Origin: Candidatus Solibacter sp.
Lineage (GTDB): Bacteria; Acidobacteriota; Terriglobia; Bryobacterales; Bryobacteraceae
Assembly (NCBI GenBank): GCA_050014175.1
Contig: JBEKDV010000001.1
Span: 19,265-83,264, forward strand
Direction: 5' to 3'
Length of the DNA stretch: 64,000 nucleotides
Part shown: in pieces, positions 8,890 to 19,097 of the stretch
Layout of the letters: each line of letters opens with the position of its first letter
Position numbering within the stretch: the first letter of the stretch is position 1
Made by a program: the position numbers and the translations under genes
Notes under the pieces: model-generated
What the model saw: only the letters and a program-made list of their open reading frames with translations
Told to the model about the DNA's origin: nothing
Databases searched by the model: none

Positions 8890-10749
8890 ATGAAGAACAT
8901 CATCGTCGGGACGGCGGGACACATCGATCACGGCAAGACGGCGCTGGTGAAGGCGCTGACGGGGATCGACGCCGACCGGCTGGAGGAAGAAAAGCGCCGC
9001 GGCATCACCATCGATCTGGGGTTCGCGCATCTGGAGCTGACGCCGGCCTTGCGTCTGGGATTCGTGGATGTCCCCGGGCACGAGCGGTTCATTAAAAACA
9101 TGCTGGCAGGGGTGGGCGGAATCGATCTGCTGCTCTTTGCGATCGCCGCCGATGAATCCATCAAGCCGCAGACGCGCGAGCATTTCGACATCTGCCGCCT
9201 GCTCGGTATACGGCGCGGCATCATCGCGCTGACCAAGTCGGACTTGGTGGATGACGACATTCTCGGGCTGGTGCGCCTGGAAGTGGAAGAACTGGTGGCG
9301 GGCTCGTTCCTGGAAGGCGCGCCCATCGTGCCGGTGAGCTCGGTGACGGGCGCCGGGCTGGACGATCTGCGGCGCGAACTGGCACGCGTGGCGGCGGGCG
9401 TCGGGGAGAAGAACGCGGCGGGATATTTCCGGCTGCCAATCGACCGCGTGTTCACCGTAAAGGGCTTCGGCACGGTGGCCACGGGCACGCTGATTTCGGG
9501 ATCGGTGGCCAGGGAGCAGGAAGTGGAAGTCTACCCCGCGGGCCGGCGGCTGCGGGTGCGCGGGGTGCAGGTGCACGGCAGCACGGCGGGCCGGGCGCTG
9601 GCCGGACAGCGCACCGCGGTCAACCTGGCGGATATCGAGCCGGCCGACCTGGCGCGCGGCGACGTGCTGAGCGAGCCTGGGCGGTTCCGCGCGGTGAAGC
9701 AGATCGATTGCCGCCTACAACTGCTGGCATCGGCGAAAGTGTTGAAGCATCGCGCGCCGGTGCACTTTCATTCGGGGACGGCGGAGATCGAGGCGGAGGT
9801 GCGGCTGTTGGAAGGCGGCGCGACTATGCGGCCGGGCACTGCCGCGTACGTGCGCCTGATCTTGCGGGAGGCGGCGCTGCTTTTGCCCGGCGATAGTTTC
9901 ATCATCCGTATGTTCTCGCCGGTGGTGACGATCGGCGGCGGGGTGGTGGTGGATACCGGCGGGCGGCGCTATCGCAAGGGCGACGACGTGAGGGCACGCC
10001 TGGAAACGCTGGGCTCCGGGGATGGCGCGGCGCGCATCGCGCTATTGGTGCGCGAAGCGGCGTTCGGCATGGGCATGGCGGACCTGGTGGCGCGCACCGG
10101 GATGGCCGAGCGCGAGATCGCCTCAGCGGCGGCGCAAGCTCCGCTTGTGGTTATCGCCCAGCCGCGGCCCTGGTATGTGGACCGCGTGTGGATGCAGGCG
10201 GAGCGCGAGCGCATCGTGCACACGGTGCGCGAGTTCCATCGGCAGACGCCACTAGTGCCCGGCATGGCGCGGCAGGAACTGCGCGGCGGCGCGCCGGTGT
10301 TCGTGCTGGACGCGCTGCTGGCGGAGGCGAAAGAGATTGTCGCCGAGGGCGAACTGGTGCGCCTCCGCGGGCACAAAGTGGTGCTCCAGGAAGACGAGGA
10401 GAAGGCGCGCGCCAAGATCGAGCGGGCCTTCGAGGAGGCGGGACTGGCCGTGCCCGCGATGGCGGAGGTGCTGGCCAAATCCGGCGTGGAGGCGGCGCGC
10501 GCCCGCTCCCTGTTGCAGATTCTGTTGCGCGAGAAGCGGCTGGTGCGGATCTCCAGCGAGCTGGTATTTCACCAGACGGCAATCGGCCAGTTGCGAGAGT
10601 TGCTGGTCCGCCACAAGGGCGAGCGCTTTCGCGTGCCGGAGTTCAAGGAGTGGACCGGCATCTCGCGCAAGTACGCGATCCCGCTATTGGAGTTTCTGGA
10701 TCGCGAGAGAATTACGAGGCGGGAAGGGGACGAACGGGTGGTGATATGA
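8890..10749 (+). CDS. selB: Selenocysteine-specific translation elongation factor SelB
   Basis: GTPase N-terminus [43 protein letters not shown], 619 aa, with a long C-terminal winged-helix-type extension. Confidence 0.9.
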   Translation: MKNIIVGTAGHIDHGKTALVKALTGIDADRLEEEKRRGITIDLGFAHLELTPALRLGFVDVPGHERFIKNMLAGVGGIDLLLFAIAADESIKPQTREHFDICRLLGIRRGIIALTKSDLVDDDILGLVRLEVEELVAGSFLEGAPIVPVSSVTGAGLDDLRRELARVAAGVGEKNAAGYFRLPIDRVFTVKGFGTVATGTLISGSVAREQEVEVYPAGRRLRVRGVQVHGSTAGRALAGQRTAVNLADIEPADLARGDVLSEPGRFRAVKQIDCRLQLLASAKVLKHRAPVHFHSGTAEIEAEVRLLEGGATMRPGTAAYVRLILREAALLLPGDSFIIRMFSPVVTIGGGVVVDTGGRRYRKGDDVRARLETLGSGDGAARIALLVREAAFGMGMADLVARTGMAEREIASAAAQAPLVVIAQPRPWYVDRVWMQAERERIVHTVREFHRQTPLVPGMARQELRGGAPVFVLDALLAEAKEIVAEGELVRLRGHKVVLQEDEEKARAKIERAFEEAGLAVPAMAEVLAKSGVEAARARSLLQILLREKRLVRISSELVFHQTAIGQLRELLVRHKGERFRVPEFKEWTGISRKYAIPLLEFLDRERITRREGDERVVI

Positions 10750-10771
10750 AGACGGAGTCCGAGCTTTGCTC

Positions 10772-10842
10772 GGATTGGCAGGCTGAAGCCTCTAAGAATG
10801 CGCCCTCGAAAGGGGGCATGGCAGCCTGAAAGGCTACGCTAC
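10772..10842. repeat. Composite REP: gattggcaggctgaagcc module plus a family B element (aagaatgcNccc-cgaa-gggggcatggcagcc..gaaaggctacgctac)
   Basis: Family B recurs at 21011-21060, 38341-38390 and 61820-61879. This copy overlaps the stop codon of the minus-strand aminotransferase. Confidence 0.85.
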
Positions 10843-12026
10843 AACGCTGGCGCGACGGCCGCTTCCCAACGCGACGAAACTTTTTGGATTCTGGCAATCG
10901 CTTCCTTCAAGTTCGCCTGGGAATTGGCGTAGCTGAAACGGATGTAGCCATCGCCGTACTGGCCGAAGCATCCTCCGTTGAGCCCGGCGACACCGGCCTC
11001 GTACAGCAGGAAATCCGCCAGTTCTTTGGAGGGGATCCCAGTGGCGGTGACATTGGCGAAGGCGTAAAACGCCCCGCCCGGCAGGGCGCAGCGGAAGCCC
11101 GGAATCCGGTTCAGCCCGGCGACCAGGATGTCGCGGCGCCGGTGGAACTCGGCCACCATCGTGTCGATGCAATCGCGCGGCCCGGTGAGCGCCGCGATGC
11201 CGGCGCGCTGCGTGAAACTGGCGGTGCACGAATTGGAGTTCACCATCAGCTTGTTGACCGCGTCCACCAGCCACTCGGGCATGACGCCGTAACCCATGCG
11301 CCATCCGGTCATGGCGTAGGTCTTGGAAAAGCCGTCGAGGATGATGGTCTTTTCCAGCATCCCCGGAAACGCGGTGATCGACACCGGCGGCTCGCCGTAG
11401 CAAATCTCCGAGTAGATTTCATCGCTCAGCACGATCACGTCGCGCTCGCGCAGCAGGTCCGCGATCGCCTTGAGGTCCTGGCGCGGGATCACTCCGCCGG
11501 TGGGATTTTGCGGCGAGTTCAGCACCACCATCTTGGTGCGTTCCGTCAACAGGTGTTCGAAGCGGTTCAGGTCGAAGGAGAAGCCGCGGCTTTCTTCCAG
11601 GGGCATCGGCACGGGCGTCGCGCCGCAGAAGCGGATCATGGATTCGTAGATGGGAAATCCCGGGTTGGGATAGACGACTTCGTCGCCCGGTTCCAAGAGC
11701 GCCAGCATGGGGAAGAAGATGATCGGCTTGCCGCCGGGGACTACCGAGACGTGCTGCGGGCCTACCGGAATGCTTCGCGTGCGCGAAATGTGGGCGGCGA
11801 TGGCTTCCCGCAATTCGGGCTGGCCCTGCGTGGGCCCGTAGTGAGTCCAGCCCTCGTCAAGGGCCTGCTTGGCGGCGGCGATCACGTGGGGAGGAGTCGG
11901 GAAATCGGGCTCGCCGATTTCCAGGTGAATCACGCTGCGGCCTAGCGCTTCCAGCGCACGGGCGCGCACCAGAACGTCGAAAGCCGATTCGACGCCGATG
12001 CGGGACATTCTTTCTGCGAGCTTCAT
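10839..12026 (-). CDS. Class I/II PLP-dependent aminotransferase (aspartate aminotransferase-like)
   Basis: 395 aa, with NPxNPTG (SPQNPTGGV) and the SKTYAMTGWRMGY lysine motif. Confidence 0.85.
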   Translation of the reverse strand: MKLAERMSRIGVESAFDVLVRARALEALGRSVIHLEIGEPDFPTPPHVIAAAKQALDEGWTHYGPTQGQPELREAIAAHISRTRSIPVGPQHVSVVPGGKPIIFFPMLALLEPGDEVVYPNPGFPIYESMIRFCGATPVPMPLEESRGFSFDLNRFEHLLTERTKMVVLNSPQNPTGGVIPRQDLKAIADLLRERDVIVLSDEIYSEICYGEPPVSITAFPGMLEKTIILDGFSKTYAMTGWRMGYGVMPEWLVDAVNKLMVNSNSCTASFTQRAGIAALTGPRDCIDTMVAEFHRRRDILVAGLNRIPGFRCALPGGAFYAFANVTATGIPSKELADFLLYEAGVAGLNGGCFGQYGDGYIRFSYANSQANLKEAIARIQKVSSRWEAAVAPAL

Positions 12027-12117
12027 AGTCGCTATACTTTCGCGGACACCCCCAGCTTAACCGAAAGCACCTCGTGGCGGGGGTGCTGAAGCGATATTCC
12101 GCACAAATGGACAGACC

Positions 12118-12248
12118 GGGGACAGACCGGACTGACAGCGAATTTCCGGCAAAATGGGCCGGGAGACAGACAAATCGGGGACAGACAGGCCTGACAGCGA
12201 ATTTCCGGCAAAGTGCGCCGGAAATTCATGTCAGGCTGATCTGTCCCC
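12118..12248. repeat. Three copies (two direct, one inverted) of a ~31-39-bp unit ggggacagaNNggNctgacagcgaatttccggca
   Basis: Units at 12118-12156, 12177-12215 and inverted at 12218-12248. Units 2 and 3 form a ~72-nt imperfect palindrome in a divergent intergenic region. Confidence 0.85.
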
Positions 12249-12313
12249 AGGGGTAGAATGGCCTTAGCGCGGACGATCCGCTTTCCTATCCACGTTTTCG
12301 GCGTTTCGTCGTC

Positions 12314-12880
12314 ATGTTTGGTAGGAAGCTAGTGGAAATCGCCGTTTGTGAGCAGATGAGCGAAGTCGTCGAGCCCGGCCTGGAAGCGGTAGACCGGCAA
12401 AACCGCTTTGTTTCTGAACACTTACGGCGGATTTTCGTGCAGATTTACCGGATTGTCGATAACGTCGCGGACGCCCAGGATCTGACCCAGGAGACCTTCA
12501 TCAAGGCGCTGCAGCACCAGGAGCAGCTCAAGGACGAGCAGAAGGCCGCCCACTGGCTGTCCCGAATCGCCACCAACACGGCGATCGATTTCCTGCGGCG
12601 CAACTCGCGCGCCACGTTTTGTGAAATCGACGAGGCGCCCGAGAGCCAGGCGGAAAGCCCGGAACAGGAACTGCTGCGCGGCGAGCATCGCCAATATCTG
12701 GAAGACGGATTACGGCTGTTGAGCCCGCGCGAGCGGCAGGCATTGGTGTTGCGCGACGTGGAAGGTTTGCCGGCGGAGGAAGTGGCGGGCATACTGGATT
12801 GCTCCAAGGCGACGGTGCGTTCGCATATCGCCAACGCACGGACGAAGCTGCGGCGGTACATGGAAAGAAGGAAGCGGTAG
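12314..12880 (+). CDS. ECF-type RNA polymerase sigma factor (sigma-70 family, group 4)
   Basis: Region 2 (DAQDLTQETFIKA) and region 4 (LSPRERQALVLRDVEGLPAEEVAGILDCSKATVRSHIANAR). Confidence 0.85.
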   Translation: MFGRKLVEIAVCEQMSEVVEPGLEAVDRQNRFVSEHLRRIFVQIYRIVDNVADAQDLTQETFIKALQHQEQLKDEQKAAHWLSRIATNTAIDFLRRNSRATFCEIDEAPESQAESPEQELLRGEHRQYLEDGLRLLSPRERQALVLRDVEGLPAEEVAGILDCSKATVRSHIANARTKLRRYMERRKR

Positions 12881-12882
12881 CC

Positions 12883-13446
12883 ATGAAACACCCGAGTGAG
12901 GAAATTTTGGTATTGCACGCCGGCGGCGATCTCGGCTGGGTGGCGCGGTGGAAAACCGCCCGCCATCTGACGAATTGCCCACGCTGCGCCGCGGAAGTGG
13001 CCGCCAACGCCAGATTCCGCGAGACGCTGCCGGCGCTGAACCAGATCCCTGAAGTGCCGTGGAACCGGATCGCGGCGGAGATGCGCGCCAATATCCGCCT
13101 GGGGCTGGCCGCCGGGGAGTGCGTGCGGTCGAGCGGCCGGCCGTTGCGCGATTCCCCGCTGTTTACCGGCGCCCGCGCCACGCTGGCCCTGGCCAGCGTG
13201 CTGGCGCTGATGGTGACCGGGCTGATGCTGGAGGGCCCCGCACCGCGGATGGCCCGGCCGGATGAGCCGGTGGTACAGGCCACGGTGGATGGAATTCAGC
13301 GGCGCTGGGGCGACCAGGGATTCGGGCTGATGCACTCCGGCGCAAGCAGCGTGACCTACACGGTGGGTGCGCAAGGAACTTTGGGAGCTCGTTACACCGA
13401 CCCGGAAACGGGCAATGTAACGATGACAAAAGTATATGTGGAGTAA
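12883..13446 (+). CDS. Putative anti-sigma factor (zf-HC2-like, single TM)
   Basis: Starts 3 nt after the sigma gene. H-x3-C-x2-C (HLTNCPRC) N-terminus, then a TM segment (ATLALASVLALMVTGLML). The ATG at 12883 is chosen over the overlapping 12799. Confidence 0.6.
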   Translation: MKHPSEEILVLHAGGDLGWVARWKTARHLTNCPRCAAEVAANARFRETLPALNQIPEVPWNRIAAEMRANIRLGLAAGECVRSSGRPLRDSPLFTGARATLALASVLALMVTGLMLEGPAPRMARPDEPVVQATVDGIQRRWGDQGFGLMHSGASSVTYTVGAQGTLGARYTDPETGNVTMTKVYVE

Positions 13447-14584
13447 TGTGAAAACACTCGCGGCAGCAATGGTGCTAATGGGCGCGGCCAGCCTGGCGGC
13501 GCAGGATGCGGCGATTCCGCCCGGGGCGGTCAATATCAATCTGCCGGACAATTCGCCGCTCGCCCTGAAATCGTTCAGCATGGCGGATTCGCGCGCCACG
13601 GCGCGCGGCGCGGCTCTGGCGCTCGATCTGCACATGTCGGCGACGCTGGTCAATAATGGGTCCCGCCGCATCCACGGTGTGACCCTGCGCGTGGTGGCCC
13701 AGGAGGTGACGCTGGGCGGCAAGGGGTCCGTCACCTATCCCAGCCTCAACGTGGGACCGGGCGAGAGTTTCCAGGTGCGCATCGATATGCAGCTCATGCG
13801 TCCGTCGCAGGTTATCGGCGCGCCGCTGGTGCAGGTGGATCTGGACGGCGTGTTGTTCCAGGACCTCAGCTTTTTCGGGCCGGACCGCCTCAACTCGCGC
13901 CGCACGATGACGGCCTGCGAAATGGAAGCGCAGCGCGACCGCGAGTACTTCAAGCGCATCCTGGCGCAAGCCGGCAAGGGCGGGCTACAGCGCGAGATGT
14001 TTGAGAGCATGGCGCGGCAGAGCGAAATCTCGCAGCTCGCCGTCAGCGTGAAGCGCACCGGGCGCGCCGTGACCAGCGCCGCCACCGGGGGAGAGCACGA
14101 CGCGGAGTTTGCCTTTCTGCAATTCCCCGATTCCCCCGTGGAGCCGGTGAAGGGCTCGGCGCGGATCTCCGGCAGTGAGGCGCGCACGCCGCTCATCGAG
14201 GTGCGCAATAAGAGCAACCGGCCGGTGAAGTATGTGGAGATGGGCTGGATTGTGAGCGACCCGTCGGGCAGGCAATACATGGCCGGCTCGCTGCCATCGG
14301 CGGATTCCGACCTCATCCTGCCGCCCGGGCAGAGCGCCCGCCTGTTGCAGGAGACCACGCTGAACTTCTCCGCCAAGGGGCAGCCGGTGAACGTGCGGAA
14401 GATGGTGGGCTTCGTCAACCAGGTGGAATTCGCCGACGGCAAGATCTGGGTGCCCAACCGGCAGAACCTGGACAACGCGCATCTGCTGAATGTGCTGCCG
14501 GCCTCGGCCGAAGAGCAGCGGCTGACCGACCTATACCGCAAGCACGGCATCGACGCACTGGCGGCGGAGTTGAGCAAGTTCTAA
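13436..14584 (+). CDS. Secreted hypothetical protein co-transcribed with the sigma/anti-sigma pair
   Basis: 382 aa with a signal peptide (AAAMVLMGAASLAAQD). 11-nt overlap with the anti-sigma gene. No family recognised. Confidence 0.6.
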   Translation: MWSNVKTLAAAMVLMGAASLAAQDAAIPPGAVNINLPDNSPLALKSFSMADSRATARGAALALDLHMSATLVNNGSRRIHGVTLRVVAQEVTLGGKGSVTYPSLNVGPGESFQVRIDMQLMRPSQVIGAPLVQVDLDGVLFQDLSFFGPDRLNSRRTMTACEMEAQRDREYFKRILAQAGKGGLQREMFESMARQSEISQLAVSVKRTGRAVTSAATGGEHDAEFAFLQFPDSPVEPVKGSARISGSEARTPLIEVRNKSNRPVKYVEMGWIVSDPSGRQYMAGSLPSADSDLILPPGQSARLLQETTLNFSAKGQPVNVRKMVGFVNQVEFADGKIWVPNRQNLDNAHLLNVLPASAEEQRLTDLYRKHGIDALAAELSKF

Positions 14585-14593
14585 CGAGCCTGC

Positions 14594-15658
14594 CTACTTT
14601 TCCGACGCCTGCAACAGTTCCGCCAGATACTTGCCCCAGATGGCGGGAAGCGAGTGTGTGCCGTGGCCGCGCGTCTCGTCGCTGGTGGGGATCAGGATGT
14701 AACGCCCGCGCTTGACGCGTGGGATTTCGCGCTCCAGAATGCCCAACTCCGGAGGATTCACCTGGTCGTCGGCGGAGTTCACCGCATATAGGGGCGCCTG
14801 TATCTTCTCCAGATCGGGCTGCGGATTGTAGTCGCGCGAGCAATCGTACTGGTACAGCATATCGTTCGGGTCCACCGGCCGCGCCTCGTAAAAGCGGCGT
14901 TCGAAGAGGGCGTCGGCCTGCTCGCGGGTGGGCGCCTGCTTGAGCAGTTGCAGCGGGCTCGAGGTCATCATGAAGAGGGCGAAATTCGCCGCCACCATGT
15001 TGGCCAGCGGACCCTTGTATTCCCCGTTGTTCCAGTTGGGATCGCGCCGGATGGAATCCACGATCATCTTGCGCAGCATGCGATTGCGTCCGCCGATCTC
15101 CACCGGCGCCGAAGCCAGCGGCATGAGCGCGTCCATGAAGTCCGGATACATGATGCCCCACAACCAAGTGTGCATGGCCCCCATGGAGGTCCCCATCACC
15201 AGCCGCAGGTGATTCACCCCGAGCTTTTCCACCACCACCCGGTACTCGGCGCGCACCATGTCCGTGTAGGTGTAGTGTGGAAACTTCATATGCAGCCCAT
15301 CGCTCGGCTTGCTGGATTTTCCGTGCCCGATATCGTCCGGCAGGATGATGAAATACCGGGTGGCGTCCAGCAGTTGTCCCGCGCCGAAGAGTTGTCCGGC
15401 GAAGGTGGGCGAGAGAAATCCGCTGCCGCTGCCGCCGGTGCCGTGCATGATCAGCACGGCGTTGGCGACCACGCCGGCGGCGTTCTTCACCGGCGTACCG
15501 AGGGTGGTGTAATGCAGATTCAGCCGCGGCAGCGTTTCGCCCGTGGTGAATTGGAAATCGGTGACCACGTAATCGCCTTCGGTAGGCGTGGGGTAATCAG
15601 CGGCCGCGAGCGGCGCGGCAAGGAACATAAGTAACGAGACAAGGACGCTTGGCCACAT
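14594..15658 (-). CDS. Exported alpha/beta-fold hydrolase (MetX/homoserine O-acetyltransferase-like esterase family)
   Basis: Signal peptide, LIMHGTGGSG and a nucleophile elbow GTSMGAM. Confidence 0.75.
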   Translation of the reverse strand: MWPSVLVSLLMFLAAPLAAADYPTPTEGDYVVTDFQFTTGETLPRLNLHYTTLGTPVKNAAGVVANAVLIMHGTGGSGSGFLSPTFAGQLFGAGQLLDATRYFIILPDDIGHGKSSKPSDGLHMKFPHYTYTDMVRAEYRVVVEKLGVNHLRLVMGTSMGAMHTWLWGIMYPDFMDALMPLASAPVEIGGRNRMLRKMIVDSIRRDPNWNNGEYKGPLANMVAANFALFMMTSSPLQLLKQAPTREQADALFERRFYEARPVDPNDMLYQYDCSRDYNPQPDLEKIQAPLYAVNSADDQVNPPELGILEREIPRVKRGRYILIPTSDETRGHGTHSLPAIWGKYLAELLQASEK

Positions 15659-15736
15659 GCAAACGATCCTATCGCATACGCAGTGTCCATCTCCACGCGC
15701 GTGCGAAAGGCGCTAATCTGATCTTTCGAGTCAACT

Positions 15737-18223
15737 ATGCGAACCTGTTCCCTCTCCTGCCTCGTAGCTACGGTGTTGCTGTTGGGCGTCGCCTCTCTCG
15801 CCGCCGCGGCTTCCACCGAAATCAAGATTGGCGCCGACCGGCGCATTCGCCTCACCGAGGACTGGCGCTTCTTCAAAGGCGAAGCCGAAGGCGCCGAACA
15901 GCCGGCTTTCAGCGACGCCGCCTGGCGCGCGCTGGACCTGCCCCACGATTGGGCCATCGAGGGCCCCTTCGACCGCAAGTTCAATCCGCACGATGGCGGC
16001 CTGCCCTTTTTCGGCATCGCCTGGTATCGCAAACACTTCACCGTACCGGCCAGCGCCAAGGGCAAGTACTTCAGCGTGCAGTTCGATGGCGCCATGTCCA
16101 ACTCCACCGTCTGGATCAACGGCCAGAAGGTGGGCGGACGCCCCTACGGGTATGAGAGCTTCGCGCTCGATCTCACACCCTACATCAAGTTCGGCGAGGA
16201 GAACGTGCTGGCCGTGCGCCTGGCTCCCGAGGATCAATCTTCGCGCTGGTATCCCGGCGCCGGGATCTACCGCAACGTGTGGCTCAACGTCACCGGAGCG
16301 GTGCGCGTGGCGCAATGGGGCGCCTACATCACCACGCCTTCCGTGACCGACGCCAAAGCCACCGTGGCGATTCGCACCGAGGTGGAGAACAAGGGCACGA
16401 CGGAAGCGCACGTCACACTGGAGACCGCCATTCTCGATGCCGCCGGCAAGCAGGCCGGACGCGCCACCAACGACGTCACCATCCCCGCCGGAGGCAAGCA
16501 GAGCGTGGAGGCAAAGATCGATGTCGCCAACCCGCATCGCTGGGATCTCGACACGCCATACCTCTACAGCGCCGCCAGCACCATCAGGGAAGGCGGCCGG
16601 CAGAGCGACCGTTACGTGACGCCGTTCGGCATACGCACCATCGAATACAGCAAGGACAAGGGCTTCCTGCTCAACGGCCATGCGCACCGCTTCAACGGCG
16701 TCTGCATGCACCACGACCTGGGCGCGCTGGGCTCCGCCATCAACCGGCGGGCACTGGAGCGGCAGTTGGAGATCATGAAGTCGATGGGCGTGAACGCCAT
16801 CCGCACCAGCCACAATCCGCCCGCGCCGGAACTGCTCGAACTCACCGACCGCATGGGCCTGCTGGTGATGGACGAAGCCTTCGACATGTGGGCCATCCCC
16901 AAAGTCCCCAACGGGCTCTCCAAATACTGGAAGGAATGGTACGAGACCGACCTGCGCGAATTCGTCCGCCGCGATCGCAATCACCCGAGCGTGGTGCTCT
17001 GGAGCATCGGCAACGAGATCCCGGAGCAGGGCCGGGCCGATGGCGGGAGGCTGGCGCAACGGCTCACCGACATCGTCCACGAAGAGGACCGCACCCGCCC
17101 CACCACGGCGGCGTTCAACAACGACACGGGCGCCATTAAGAACGAACTCGCCAGCGCGGTCGATGTTCCGGGCTTCAATTACAAGCCCACCAGGTACGCG
17201 CAGATCATCAAAGATCACCCCAATTGGATCATTTTCGGTTCGGAGACTTCGTCGGGCGTCAGCTCGCGCGGCGTCTACCACCTGCCCATCGAGAAGTACG
17301 AGAAGCATCCCTCGCTGCAGCTCACCAGCTACGACGTGATCGCGCCGCCATGGGCCTACATCGCCGATGTGGAGTTCGACGCGCAGGAGAAGAATCCCGG
17401 CGTGCTGGGCGAATTCGTGTGGACGGGTTTCGACTACATCGGCGAGCCGACCCCGTACTTCAACGGGCGGGGCGCGAGCAACGACGCCGACTGGCCGTCG
17501 CGCAGCTCCTACTTCGGGATAGTGGACCTGGCCGGCTTCCCCAAGGACCGCTTCTACCTCTACCAGAGCCACTGGACCACGAAGCCGATGGTCCACCTTC
17601 TGCCGCACTGGAACTGGGCCGGGATGGAAGGCAAGCCGATTCCGGTGATGTGCTACACCAATGTTGACGAGGTCGAGTTGTTCCTCAACGGCAAATCGCT
17701 GGGCCGGAAGAAGCGCTTCTCCGAACCCGTGGAACTGCCGGTGGGCGCGGGCATCAGCGCGGACAAGAAATTCCAATCCAAGTACCGCCTGATGTGGCAG
17801 GTGCCATACGCGCCGGGCGCGTTGAAAGCCGTGGCCTACCAGGGCGGCAAGAGCGTCGCCACCACCGAAGTCAAGACCGCGGGCGCGCCGGCCCGAATCG
17901 TGCTGGCGCCTGATCGCGCGGCCATCGCGGCCGACGGCGACGACCTCTCGTTCGTCACCGTGCGCGTGGAGGACAAGGACGGCAACTTCTGCCCCACCGC
18001 CGACACGCTGGTGAAATTCAAGCTCGATGGTCCCGCCAAGATCGCCGGCGTGGACAACGGCAACCCCGCCACGGTGGAGTCTTTCCAGGCCGACAACCGC
18101 AAGGCGTTCAACGGGCTGGCGCTGCTGATCGTACGCGGCGAACATGGCAAGGCAGGGCGTGTGAAGATCACCGCCACCGCCGACGGCCTGCGGGCGGGCG
18201 AGACAACGGTCACCACGAAATAA
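15737..18223 (+). CDS. Exported glycoside hydrolase family 2 (beta-galactosidase/glucuronidase-like)
   Basis: Signal peptide; DWRFFKGEA...WRALDLPHDW sugar-binding domain; NAIRTSHNPPAPELL and WSIGNE catalytic region; 828 aa. Confidence 0.85.
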   Translation: MRTCSLSCLVATVLLLGVASLAAAASTEIKIGADRRIRLTEDWRFFKGEAEGAEQPAFSDAAWRALDLPHDWAIEGPFDRKFNPHDGGLPFFGIAWYRKHFTVPASAKGKYFSVQFDGAMSNSTVWINGQKVGGRPYGYESFALDLTPYIKFGEENVLAVRLAPEDQSSRWYPGAGIYRNVWLNVTGAVRVAQWGAYITTPSVTDAKATVAIRTEVENKGTTEAHVTLETAILDAAGKQAGRATNDVTIPAGGKQSVEAKIDVANPHRWDLDTPYLYSAASTIREGGRQSDRYVTPFGIRTIEYSKDKGFLLNGHAHRFNGVCMHHDLGALGSAINRRALERQLEIMKSMGVNAIRTSHNPPAPELLELTDRMGLLVMDEAFDMWAIPKVPNGLSKYWKEWYETDLREFVRRDRNHPSVVLWSIGNEIPEQGRADGGRLAQRLTDIVHEEDRTRPTTAAFNNDTGAIKNELASAVDVPGFNYKPTRYAQIIKDHPNWIIFGSETSSGVSSRGVYHLPIEKYEKHPSLQLTSYDVIAPPWAYIADVEFDAQEKNPGVLGEFVWTGFDYIGEPTPYFNGRGASNDADWPSRSSYFGIVDLAGFPKDRFYLYQSHWTTKPMVHLLPHWNWAGMEGKPIPVMCYTNVDEVELFLNGKSLGRKKRFSEPVELPVGAGISADKKFQSKYRLMWQVPYAPGALKAVAYQGGKSVATTEVKTAGAPARIVLAPDRAAIAADGDDLSFVTVRVEDKDGNFCPTADTLVKFKLDGPAKIAGVDNGNPATVESFQADNRKAFNGLALLIVRGEHGKAGRVKITATADGLRAGETTVTTK

Positions 18224-18447
18224 CGGTATAGGGCTCCGCGTTGTGCGATTGTGGGGCATTCCTGGCTGCGTGCCCTCCGGGCCACTTCATAGGCGCTAAA
18301 ATAAGCGCCCGGCGCGGCCCCACCCCGAATTGCTAGTGCCAAGGGCTGTGCACAGTTCCGTGGGACACCGCGTGGCAGGATTGCCCGCCACATTGCGACT
18401 ACGGGCGGGATCTATTCTAAGGGGTGCCGGACGCTGCTAGCGCTCAT

Positions 18448-18753
18448 TTAGCGGGCGGATTCCCGCCGCTGGAGCCAGCGGTGAAGAGACTCCTGCGTCT
18501 CACCAGATCTGCGGCCCGCCAGGAGACTCTCCACGCTGACATCTTCATCCAGATCTGGCCAGTGGATCCCCTCGCCACCGGCAATGAGACGCCAATTGGC
18601 CCGCTCCGCCGGTGTCCCGTGCGCCAAGCGCGGGAACCACGCGAGTGGCACCGTGATCGTCCGGCCATCTGCAAGTTCCGCGACCAGAGCATCATCGCTC
18701 ACACTTACGCTCTGGGCCAGTGCATCCCTGAGTTCAGCCCCCGAAGTACTCAT
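18448..18753 (-). CDS. DUF2442-family small protein
   Basis: DGRTITVPLAWFPRLAHGTPAERANWRLIGGGEGIHWPDLDEDVS-type motif. Paired with DUF4160. Confidence 0.7.
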   Translation of the reverse strand: MSTSGAELRDALAQSVSVSDDALVAELADGRTITVPLAWFPRLAHGTPAERANWRLIAGGEGIHWPDLDEDVSVESLLAGRRSGETQESLHRWLQRRESAR

Positions 18754-18988
18754 GCCATGACCTCAACAAAAGAGCCGCGTTTTCCGCGACCAGTCTTTCG
18801 ACACGTCCAATTTCCGCCCGGCCGAAGCCGCGACTCCCCTCCAGACGGACCGGTTCCAGCCAAAACTTCGCCTTTCCCTCTTCCCGCTCGACATGCACGT
18901 GCGAAGGCTCGTCTCGATCCGCCGAGTAAAAGAACAGCCGGTATGGCCCCCGTGCGAAGAACGGTTGGCAACGTATCCCAGTGTACAC
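18734..18988 (-). CDS. DUF4160-family small protein
   Basis: RLFFYSADRDEPSHVHVER...KFWL motif. 20-nt overlap with the DUF2442 gene (TA-like pair). Confidence 0.7.
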   Translation of the reverse strand: MYTGIRCQPFFARGPYRLFFYSADRDEPSHVHVEREEGKAKFWLEPVRLEGSRGFGRAEIGRVERLVAENAALLLRSWHEYFGG

Positions 18989-19097
18989 GGCTAGTGGGCA
19001 GATTGGTGTAGATCGCGCAACGCCGCAGGGTTTAGAACGACCAGCGTCGGGCCACTTTCAGCCCCAGCGCACCGCCTGCTACGATTTACCTGTAGCC

